64,000 nt of DNA, taken from positions 128,822-192,821 of the IMG/VR virus record IMGVR_UViG_3300025132_007963. One strand, written 5' to 3'. Below, in pieces: positions 48,853-56,717 of this stretch; within the stretch, counting starts at the first letter, position 1, and each line of letters opens with the position of its first letter. The notes beneath the pieces were generated by a model. That model was not told the origin of the DNA, searched no databases, and saw only the letters and a program-made list of their open reading frames with translations. Position numbers and translations under genes: made by a program. The DNA is from a virus.

Positions 48853-49840
48853 TTTTTTTCATCCTCTGGGTTTTCTTTTTCGAAGCCTCTTTGCGTTTTT
48901 TTGCGTAGTCATAGGCTTTTTTTAGTCTTGCTTTTACTTTTGGATCTTTTGCATTTTTATAAGCTGCCCTAACTCTTTGATGTACTAAATTAATTATTTG
49001 TGATTGTCTTTTATGAGATTTATTTTTAAAACTAGCTTTAGAAAAAGTGTCTCTGATGTCCGAAACAGAGCTAAATTTAACACTTACAGTATCACTTGGG
49101 TTTTCATCTGTGTACAGTCTTCTGCCAGAACCCTTTGGTTTTTTACCAGTGCCTTTTTTGGGATCTTTGCCTTCTTCTGCTTTGACACAGTTTCTATATT
49201 TTTTACCAAACATTATTTTTGTTTTTCTAGTTGGGTGCGTTTTATAACCCTTCTGGCAACGTTCTGCTACTTTTTTAGCGGTAGCGGTAGCAATTGGGTA
49301 TACATCTTCATCTGGCATATTTGGATTTTTTCTCTTAATTGCTTTTGCTATCTCTCCTTTCTTTTTATATTCGGCGTTAGTTAATTTTCTTTCCTCAAGC
49401 TTATCCTCATTTCTTTCTTGCCAATCAAAAGATATTTTGTCTTCTGAAATTGGGCCACCTTTTGCCCAAGTTCTACAAGACCTGGCAGAATGACATTTAA
49501 AATGATGCATCCAACAATAACCCAGCTCGCCATCTTCATCAGAAGTTTGACCAGGCATGCAATCTTTCATCCTAGGAGATATATCAAAAGCGGTACAGTT
49601 ACCGCATTTTGATGCTTTAGCTGCCTTTTCGGTTGTATTCCAGTAATCTGCTATATCTTTCCAATAGTCACCGGGCTCATCAACATTTAAAGGCCCATAC
49701 TGAATATGCTCTGCATGTATTGCAGCATCTCTATTTTTAGTGTTTAGTTTTAAATCTTGAGTAGCTGCAGGGCATTTCATACTAGCGGCATCGGCTTTTG
49801 CAGTATCAGCTAATTTTTTAAATTTGATCCGAATACTCAT
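48845..49840 (-). CDS. Putative multi-module head-internal protein
   Basis: Cys-rich module 'CPAATQD...CGNC...C...GYCWMHHFKC...C', then 'LEERKL', 'AERCQKGYKTHPTRKTK', 'EEGKDPKKGTGKKPKGSGRRLYTDENP' modules. Confidence 0.5.
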   Translation of the reverse strand: MSIRIKFKKLADTAKADAASMKCPAATQDLKLNTKNRDAAIHAEHIQYGPLNVDEPGDYWKDIADYWNTTEKAAKASKCGNCTAFDISPRMKDCMPGQTSDEDGELGYCWMHHFKCHSARSCRTWAKGGPISEDKISFDWQERNEDKLEERKLTNAEYKKKGEIAKAIKRKNPNMPDEDVYPIATATAKKVAERCQKGYKTHPTRKTKIMFGKKYRNCVKAEEGKDPKKGTGKKPKGSGRRLYTDENPSDTVSVKFSSVSDIRDTFSKASFKNKSHKRQSQIINLVHQRVRAAYKNAKDPKVKARLKKAYDYAKKRKEASKKKTQRMKKND

Positions 49841-49847
49841 TCTATAA

Positions 49848-49854
49848 TAAATAG
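49848..49854 (-). promoter_or_regulatory. CTATTTA motif (candidate late promoter)
   Basis: Minus strand ACTATTTATTATAGA-ATG; no SD in between. Confidence 0.45.
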
Positions 49855-49874
49855 TTTAAATATTCTAAAGGGTA

Positions 49875-50255
49875 TTAACTTTTTTTACTCTTGTAATTTT
49901 CAATCGCAGCTCTAATTGCATCTTCTGCAAGCACAGAACAGTGAATTTTTACAGGAGGCAGGGATAAGTGTTCTGCTATGTCTTTATTTTTAATTTTTTG
50001 AGCATCTTCTAGTGACCTACCTTTAATCCATTCTGTAACCAAAGATGAGGATGCTATAGCGGAGCCACAACCATAAGTTTTAAACTTTGCATCTTCTATA
50101 AAACCATCATCATTAACCTTTATTTGAAGCTTCATAACGTCACCGCAAGCAGGTGCACCGACAATACCTGTACCAACATCATTGGATTCTTTATCTAAAG
50201 ATCCTACATTTCTAGGATTTTCAAAATGATCTATTATTTGTTTTGAATATGACAT
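49875..50255 (-). CDS. iscU: Fe-S cluster scaffold IscU
   Basis: 'DHFENPRNVG', 'APACGDVM', 'FKTYGCGSAIASSS', 'LPPVKIHCSVLAEDAI'. Confidence 0.97.
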   Translation of the reverse strand: MSYSKQIIDHFENPRNVGSLDKESNDVGTGIVGAPACGDVMKLQIKVNDDGFIEDAKFKTYGCGSAIASSSLVTEWIKGRSLEDAQKIKNKDIAEHLSLPPVKIHCSVLAEDAIRAAIENYKSKKS

Positions 50256-50258
50256 ATT

Positions 50259-50573
50259 TTATACCGAGAAACTTTCTCCACACCCACATGTCCTTCTAGC
50301 ATTTGGATTTTGAAATTTAAAGCCGGTTTGATTTAACTCGTCTATAAAATCAATTTGAGTACCCATCAAATATAAAAAACTTTTGGGATCAACATATATA
50401 TCAACACCTTGACTTTCTATTACGCGGTCATGATCTTTTTTGCTGTCAAATTCTAACTTATACGTAAAACCAGAACAACCACCACCTCTCACTCCTGCAC
50501 GGATGCCAGTTTCTTTTTTCTTTGAAAGTAAATTTTTTATTCTATTTGCTGCTGTTTCAGTTAAGGTTATCAT
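50259..50573 (-). CDS. iscA: Fe-S cluster carrier IscA/HesB family
   Basis: 'ITLTE.AA..IK', 'GGGCSGF.Y', 'NPNA...CGCGESF'. Confidence 0.95.
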   Translation of the reverse strand: MITLTETAANRIKNLLSKKKETGIRAGVRGGGCSGFTYKLEFDSKKDHDRVIESQGVDIYVDPKSFLYLMGTQIDFIDELNQTGFKFQNPNARRTCGCGESFSV

Positions 50574-50579
50574 ATATTA

Positions 50580-50608
50580 AATATAACAACTCATGAGTAT
50601 AATGTCAA
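50580..50608 (-). promoter_or_regulatory. Sigma70-type promoter, TTGACA-N17-TATATT, with palindrome ACTCATGAGT in the spacer
   Basis: Minus strand TTGACA TTATACTCATGAGTTGT TATATT TAATAT ATG(iscA). Confidence 0.78.
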
Positions 50609-50615
50609 GAAAAGT

Positions 50616-50917
<302 letters not shown>

Positions 50918-50929
50918 TTAATTTAAAAA

Positions 50930-52027
50930 CTAAGACGCACTAAAATCCACCAAAGTAACTGTTTTTGTTACTCCGCCTGCTGTAATCTTGATTAAAATAT
51001 CTCCATCATCTCCAGTTCCTGTGCCGTCAGACATCCATAGAACACTATTGCCCTCTGAAGGATTAGAAGGATCTGAAGATTTTTCTTTAAGATTTAAATA
51101 CCCGTTTATTGTTGTGTTTGCAGAGCCATCAAAAGTAATCGCAGCATTTCCACTATTGTCACGGATATCATTTCCGCGAACTCTTATATCTCCATTTACA
51201 TCTAATTTATAGGCCGGGGAGCAACTAATACCCACCTTTGGGCTGGAAGCATTATACTCAAAGGTCATAACATCTACTGGATTGAGAACTGGACTTTGTT
51301 GGATAACAAGATCATTTCCGTCATTGTGAAAAGCCCAATCAACAAAACCATGGCGATCATTATGGAATATTATAAAGTTTTCACCATTGCTTCTAGAGTG
51401 AACAGATAATATTCCACCGCCTTGGTTATTGAAAGAATTAATTGCAACTGTTTCTCCAAAAGTGTGAGTGGTGCCGTCTTCCGATGTTATATGAAGGCTG
51501 GATTCAGTACCGTCCAACTCTTGCGAACTCCAAAGAGCAACTTTTCCATCTGCCGGTGTATAAACTTTTTTAAGAGATATATTGTCAATAGATAATGCTG
51601 TGGCTGTACCGATTGTAGCTATACTTAAAGTTGTACCACCTGCCTTTAAAAGTTGCCTGTACGTACCATTACCATCGCTACCGACAGCAACAGGACTTGT
51701 TGATGGATTAGTTCCGCCCAATGAAATTAACATATTTCCGGCAGATACAGTATCAGAGATTGTAAACTCCAACAAATAAAGAGAGTTAGTCTGCACGCCA
51801 CTTACTGTTTGTGTAATTGTAGCGTACACATCTGAATCACCAGCTGCTTTTACTAATTTTCCATTACTATGAGACCAATCACTTTCCAACGTCCAATTAC
51901 TGGAGTCTGAATCAAAAGTGCCATTAGTAACTAATTCGGATCCTAGTTCTGTGGTACCTATCTTAATTGCTTTTAGGATAGCCTCAGACCATCCAATCTG
52001 TTGCACATCTATTTTTGCTCTTGCCAT
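50930..52027 (-). CDS. Putative tail-fibre/decoration protein with a carbohydrate-binding-like domain
   Basis: 'ELVTNGTFDSDSSNWT' CBM-like jelly roll, then fibre-type repeats 'KVGISCSPAYKLDVNGDIRV'. Confidence 0.55.
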   Translation of the reverse strand: MARAKIDVQQIGWSEAILKAIKIGTTELGSELVTNGTFDSDSSNWTLESDWSHSNGKLVKAAGDSDVYATITQTVSGVQTNSLYLLEFTISDTVSAGNMLISLGGTNPSTSPVAVGSDGNGTYRQLLKAGGTTLSIATIGTATALSIDNISLKKVYTPADGKVALWSSQELDGTESSLHITSEDGTTHTFGETVAINSFNNQGGGILSVHSRSNGENFIIFHNDRHGFVDWAFHNDGNDLVIQQSPVLNPVDVMTFEYNASSPKVGISCSPAYKLDVNGDIRVRGNDIRDNSGNAAITFDGSANTTINGYLNLKEKSSDPSNPSEGNSVLWMSDGTGTGDDGDILIKITAGGVTKTVTLVDFSAS

Positions 52028-52044
52028 TAGTAATTAACTTCCTC

Positions 52045-52140
52045 TTAACAACAACCACTCTCACAAGCGCAACAACCACAGCAGCAGCAGCAATGCTTAG
52101 AATTAAACAAATTAACTAATCTATGTATAAAGCCTTTCAT
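52045..52140 (-). CDS. Unannotated 31-aa Cys-rich micropeptide MKGFIHRLVNLFNSKHCCCCCGCCACESGCC
   Basis: Manual translation; SD AGGAG 8 nt upstream; TAA stop; fills the gap between the queF-like gene and the next gene. Confidence 0.7.
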   Translation of the reverse strand: MKGFIHRLVNLFNSKHCCCCCGCCACESGCC

Positions 52141-52161
52141 AATCTCATCTCCTAGGTATTA

Positions 52162-52584
52162 CTACCAATTATTTTCTAATATCATCCAGTCTTTGAATTC
52201 TTCTTTGCCACCGCGTATTGCCCAATCAGAATCAATTGTTAGCTTGGAGCTTATTCCACCTCTAGGGTTAAATTCCATAACAATCCTTAATCTGGCTGGT
52301 TCGTACACATTGACTAAATCATCAAATACTACATTAATGAGTCTTTCATATGAAAATCTTTCACTTCTAAATTGAAAAAAATATTCTTTAAGGGATTTAA
52401 GTTCAATAACAGAATTGGCTGGATACATTGTAATATATGCCACAGCAAAATCTGGTTTGCCAGCATCACCTTCAAATGTGATTTCTGGATTTTTGATTTT
52501 TATCTCGTAAGCTTTTCCGGAAGGATTTTTAATTTTTTTGAGTATTGATGTGTTTGACCAGACTTTATTTATTTCTTTTTTCAA
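52162..52584 (-). CDS. QueF-like T-fold protein lacking the catalytic cysteine
   Basis: 'PEIT....GKPDFA', QueF motif 'ELKSLKEY', 'SYE', 'FNPRGGIS'; no Cys anywhere in the 140 aa. Confidence 0.85.
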   Translation of the reverse strand: MKKEINKVWSNTSILKKIKNPSGKAYEIKIKNPEITFEGDAGKPDFAVAYITMYPANSVIELKSLKEYFFQFRSERFSYERLINVVFDDLVNVYEPARLRIVMEFNPRGGISSKLTIDSDWAIRGGKEEFKDWMILENNW

Positions 52585-53152
52585 TTTCTTTCATCTCGTC
52601 CCTAATTTTGTCAGAATTCCAATCAACCCAATCCGGTACAATATTAGTGAAATTTTCTTCAACTGCTTTATTGTAATTTGGAGTTTTAGTTTGACCATGC
52701 CATTCGATAAACCACTCATCGACGAGATCTTGTATACCAGCCTCTAGTAAGTGGGGAATGATATCATACTCTGCTCCTTCGATGTCAATTTTTAAAATTG
52801 TGTGAGCATCTATTATATTATTTTCTTTTACCCATTTAGCTAAATCAATACAATCGACTTCAACTTTGACATTGGGATCTGTGCTATATTTACCTTCGAC
52901 TAAAGACGATCCGGTTCTTGCCCCCCATATTTGAGGATAAAAAGTTTTTTTCTCATCTCTTGTCCACACTGCTATATTGTGGATAGTTATATTTTCTTTA
53001 TCTCCATATAAGTCCTCTATAACCTCAAAATTTTCTACTTGAGGCTCAAAAGAATTAATTACAAGATCATCGTCTTTGTAGTGATCTATTGCCCATGCAA
53101 TAGATTGGCCCTTATTGGCGCCACAATCAATAAAATGTACTTTCTTTGACAT
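52565..53152 (-). CDS. FkbM-family methyltransferase
   Basis: 'FIDCGANKG', 'SFEP', 'NIAVW', 'LKIDIEGAEY'. Confidence 0.88.
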   Translation of the reverse strand: MSKKVHFIDCGANKGQSIAWAIDHYKDDDLVINSFEPQVENFEVIEDLYGDKENITIHNIAVWTRDEKKTFYPQIWGARTGSSLVEGKYSTDPNVKVEVDCIDLAKWVKENNIIDAHTILKIDIEGAEYDIIPHLLEAGIQDLVDEWFIEWHGQTKTPNYNKAVEENFTNIVPDWVDWNSDKIRDEMKEIEKRNK

Positions 53153-53155
53153 ATA

Positions 53156-53524
53156 CTATACCTCTGTCAGGGTATTACCCAGATAATCATTAATTTTATT
53201 ATTCTTTATGAATTTTTTAAGATTAGACTGAGTAATACCTAATAAATTAGCAGCTTCCTTGTGTGAGTTGGTAGCTGATAGTGCAAATTTAATTAACGCG
53301 TCTTTAATAATGACTGAAGCTTTATTCCATATTGGAAAACCATAAAGCTTTCCATTGACAGTCTCAGCTGCAGTTTCTAGCTTGAGACTGATCAATTCTT
53401 CTAGAGTTAAAGAAGCTAATATAACTTTAAATTCACTAGTAATCTTTTTTTCTTTTAAAAGCTTCTTAGATATACTTTGATAATAATTTTTTCCACGGAG
53501 TCTTGAAGGAAGCTTTCCATGCAT
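53156..53524 (-). CDS. Fis-like helix-turn-helix regulator
   Basis: C-terminal 'ALIKFALSATNSHKEAANLLGITQSNLKKFIK' resembles HTH_8. Confidence 0.65.
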   Translation of the reverse strand: MHGKLPSRLRGKNYYQSISKKLLKEKKITSEFKVILASLTLEELISLKLETAAETVNGKLYGFPIWNKASVIIKDALIKFALSATNSHKEAANLLGITQSNLKKFIKNNKINDYLGNTLTEV

Positions 53525-53573
53525 TCGATTTTTTTCCTTGGGATTTCATCACTGCGTTAAAAATCACTTGTTT

Positions 53574-53602
53574 AACATAGCATAAATTTTCGAAAAGTTA
53601 AA
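53574..53602 (-). promoter_or_regulatory. Sigma70-like promoter, TTTAAC-N17-TATGTT with extended TG
   Basis: Minus strand TTTAAC TTTTCGAAAATTTATGC TATGTT, upstream of the Fis-like gene. Confidence 0.55.
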
Positions 53603-53607
53603 GAAAA

Positions 53608-54387
53608 TTATAACTCAGGATTATCTAAAGCGGTATCTACAGGATCTGCCTTGGCGGCTTCATATTCATCATTAGTGACAGGCTCTAAATCTCCAGAAAG
53701 CAGCTTTTCGTACTCATCCATGTATAAAAGTGTATTTGCAATTAGATAATCAGAAAAATCTTCTTGATCACTAGTGCTATGAAGAGGTCCAAAATAATTA
53801 ACTAAATTTTTCTCTTGATTTTTGAAAAACATGTTAGCTATATCCCTACCGGTTTCATCCTCACCCTCAATAGCTTTAAGGTCTTCTTCTTTTTCCTCTT
53901 TTTCTTCTTCTTCTGGATCTATTTCATTTCCATCTGCATCAATACCGAGATCAAATGGATTCTCAGGCTCATCTTCAACGTTGATACCAACTTCTTCATT
54001 AAGGGAAGCACCAGCATCAGTTGCCGCTATTCTGTTTAAAGTATCTTGAACCCATTGTGAAACATGTGCGCGGAAGGACTTCCTTTGTGCTTCATCAGTG
54101 ACTAGTTGCATATAATAGCTCTTTAGGTCTTTTAAAAAGTTGGTTCCAGTTAACATAGCTCGAAGGCGGCTAATGCCAGTGCTTTCTGAGGGGCTTATTT
54201 CTGGGTTTTCTGTCGCTGCTTCGACTATTAAGTCGCTAATTGTCTCGCGAAACGTCACTGCCTCAACTAATTCTTGAATATATTTTTTATTTTTTCTTTC
54301 TTGAATAATTCTCACTGCTTTTCGGACTTGTTGTCTTAGCATAAGCTCATGAGCTAATTCTTCTCTAGAAATTGGTGGAATGGCCAT
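53608..54387 (-). CDS. Acidic hypothetical protein, putative head-internal/scaffold-like
   Basis: 'LRQQVRKAVRII...LIVEA', 'LNEE' junctions; AGGAG SD. Confidence 0.5.
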   Translation of the reverse strand: MAIPPISREELAHELMLRQQVRKAVRIIQERKNKKYIQELVEAVTFRETISDLIVEAATENPEISPSESTGISRLRAMLTGTNFLKDLKSYYMQLVTDEAQRKSFRAHVSQWVQDTLNRIAATDAGASLNEEVGINVEDEPENPFDLGIDADGNEIDPEEEEKEEKEEDLKAIEGEDETGRDIANMFFKNQEKNLVNYFGPLHSTSDQEDFSDYLIANTLLYMDEYEKLLSGDLEPVTNDEYEAAKADPVDTALDNPEL

Positions 54388-54411
54388 GTAATAATTCTCC
54401 TACATATGTAA

Positions 54412-56715
54412 CTAGTGTTTTTCGTTCTCTTCTTCATCAAATTTTGTAAATGGTGACTTAACAGCAGCACCAGCAATTGCACCGCTAGAAACAGTAGTTT
54501 CCTCTAAGTCTTCCTCTTCATCTAGTGCCTCTTTCCCCTCTTTAGCGAAAAATGCATTAGATTGATCAACTGGGCGTGATTGGTTAAATGGCGCGCCAAA
54601 TTTAGTTAAATCTTTCCTACCAGTATCCAAAAGTCTTTTGTGGCCACTAGATGTTCTATTTTTTGCTATTGGTTGCCAGTCGCCCTCTTCCATCATTTGT
54701 TCAACCATAGCCATTAAATATTCTGCCTGAGATGTGTTTTCATAACGCATGGGTGAATCCGTAGGCACTTCTTGCGTTGGCGCCGCATCAAAACCTAATC
54801 TCACTCTTACATCAGCAGGGTTGACAAGAGGCTCTCCAGCTTCATCTTTTGGCAAATATCTAATCAAGTCTTTACCTTTATCTAGTGCTTCTCGAAAATC
54901 TGTTGCATCAACAGTCCCACATGCATCTCTAGCTGCAGATATATAGTAATCTTTTATATTCCCAGGAATTACACCTGGTAGCAACTTGTGCGTTGGCTTA
55001 GAGCCAAAAAGATGGAAGTCTGCAAATCTTGCATAATCTGGTTTGTTTGTTTTATCACAAGGTTTATCGCTAGCAACGGGCACTATAAGGTCTCCAGCTC
55101 TAGGTATGAAACTTTTAACTGCACCTTCCATAACAGAATAAGATGTTTGTACAGGAGAATTGAAAGGCGAATCAAGAAGCAGAACCCTTTCAGCAATTCC
55201 GGCAGCTTCTACATACAGCTCCCAAACATCTTTTGACATTTCTTTAGTTATAACACGTCCTTCATCGGTTTTTCTTGGTAGAGGAGAAATAAATATCAAA
55301 ACCATGTCAACCTTTTCTAGGACTTTTGTAACTGCTTCTAAATGACCAGCCTGTGGAGGTTTAAATTTCCCCGGGAAAACAGCTATTTTTCTTTTTACTG
55401 CAGGATTATCAACGTCTAAGCCCACTGGTTCGTCTGCCTCTTCTTCTTTTAGCTCTTCAGCTTTTTCAGTATCAATTTGTTGATCTCGAAAAGAAGATGT
55501 CAACCCCTTTGTAATAAACTTACCAGTTATTTTAATTGGATTTTCAACACCAAAAACCTTTTTGCTTCTTAATACGATACCTTCATGTTCGATGTCAGTG
55601 CCCGTCATATCGCCTATAGGGCTGGTTAGAGCGCTTAATACAACGTCACCTAAGAGTTCAGTTGCATAGAACATTATCGCGCCGCTAATAGCCAATTTTG
55701 CGTCTTCTACGTCCGGTTCAACTAATAGCTTACTAACTGGTGTGCCACCTATAATGGATAGAAAAACTAGTTTGCTTATAGCTTTTATCTTTTTTTGACT
55801 ACCAGATGAAGGGTCAATCACTTTTATCATTTTTTGACGAGGATTGATAATCTCTTTATCTGCTAGCCATTGTGATAAAGTTTTAGTTATGGTATTTTCA
55901 TCAACAACTATAGGTATAGGTTTGCTTAAAACTTCAGAAAAATTAACTTTCCCTCCTTCTTTGGCATATACCGGCATCACAGTGTAAAAATCATCAAACC
56001 CATATCTTTTAGCCACAGGCTTGATTATATCTCGTACTTGTGTCAGAGCTTCTTCGTCGTAAGATATTTCAGTGCCAACAGGTTTTACCGGTTCCATTTT
56101 CTTTTTAGCAGGGTTAAAAACCATAGGTCTCTCTAGTCCAGGTCTATAGTTGCCCCTTATTTCTTTTTCATAATATTGCTTGACACCATGAATTGCAATA
56201 AAGTCTTGATCATATTTAACAACATTAGTAGCTTTACGAACATACTCACAATTAAAATACTTTGTAGAATCATTCCACATATCTAGCGCTATTAATTGAT
56301 TTTTAAGTTTTGGTAAAGCAGTATTAAAAACATCCAACATTTCTTTGCCAGAATTAATCATACCATGGCCAGGTGTAAATCTTTGAGATAGAGTTGTGGT
56401 AGTAAGTCCCGCAATATCTAACTTTCCATTTTCACCTTGAGAGCTGGCGCGATCTAGTCTAAACTCTTTGCCCTCAAAACCACCTTGCTTAACATCAACC
56501 ACTTTAACGTTCCAGTTAACGCCATCAAACTTTACAGATGTAGAATCACTGGCCATCAACTTATCTTTAGCTCTTCTTGTTGCATGTTTAGCTGCTTTTT
56601 CAAAGAATTCAAGTAAATCTTTGCCATTATTAACACTTGGTATGTCGAATGGATGAGCCATATGCCCTCCACCGCCACCTTCTACAAGTAAATCTTGATC
56701 ACGTTTTTTGGTCAT
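54412..56715 (-). CDS. Fusion of an RNA/DNA-ligase-like nucleotidyltransferase domain and a HIGH-family nucleotidyltransferase
   Basis: 'EGGGGGHMAHPFD'; ligase motif I 'VKFDGVN', motif IV 'HEGIVLR', motif V-like 'PIKITGKF'; second domain 'AVFPGKFKPPQAGH'. Confidence 0.6.
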   Translation of the reverse strand: MTKKRDQDLLVEGGGGGHMAHPFDIPSVNNGKDLLEFFEKAAKHATRRAKDKLMASDSTSVKFDGVNWNVKVVDVKQGGFEGKEFRLDRASSQGENGKLDIAGLTTTTLSQRFTPGHGMINSGKEMLDVFNTALPKLKNQLIALDMWNDSTKYFNCEYVRKATNVVKYDQDFIAIHGVKQYYEKEIRGNYRPGLERPMVFNPAKKKMEPVKPVGTEISYDEEALTQVRDIIKPVAKRYGFDDFYTVMPVYAKEGGKVNFSEVLSKPIPIVVDENTITKTLSQWLADKEIINPRQKMIKVIDPSSGSQKKIKAISKLVFLSIIGGTPVSKLLVEPDVEDAKLAISGAIMFYATELLGDVVLSALTSPIGDMTGTDIEHEGIVLRSKKVFGVENPIKITGKFITKGLTSSFRDQQIDTEKAEELKEEEADEPVGLDVDNPAVKRKIAVFPGKFKPPQAGHLEAVTKVLEKVDMVLIFISPLPRKTDEGRVITKEMSKDVWELYVEAAGIAERVLLLDSPFNSPVQTSYSVMEGAVKSFIPRAGDLIVPVASDKPCDKTNKPDYARFADFHLFGSKPTHKLLPGVIPGNIKDYYISAARDACGTVDATDFREALDKGKDLIRYLPKDEAGEPLVNPADVRVRLGFDAAPTQEVPTDSPMRYENTSQAEYLMAMVEQMMEEGDWQPIAKNRTSSGHKRLLDTGRKDLTKFGAPFNQSRPVDQSNAFFAKEGKEALDEEEDLEETTVSSGAIAGAAVKSPFTKFDEEENEKH

Positions 56716-56717
56716 GC

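Noticed and set aside
52031-52140. Cys-rich stretch as a mere (TGC)n microsatellite
   Set aside because: Mixed TGC/TGT codons interrupted by G, A, E and S codons, plus SD, start and stop, fit a real ORF better; kept as a finding
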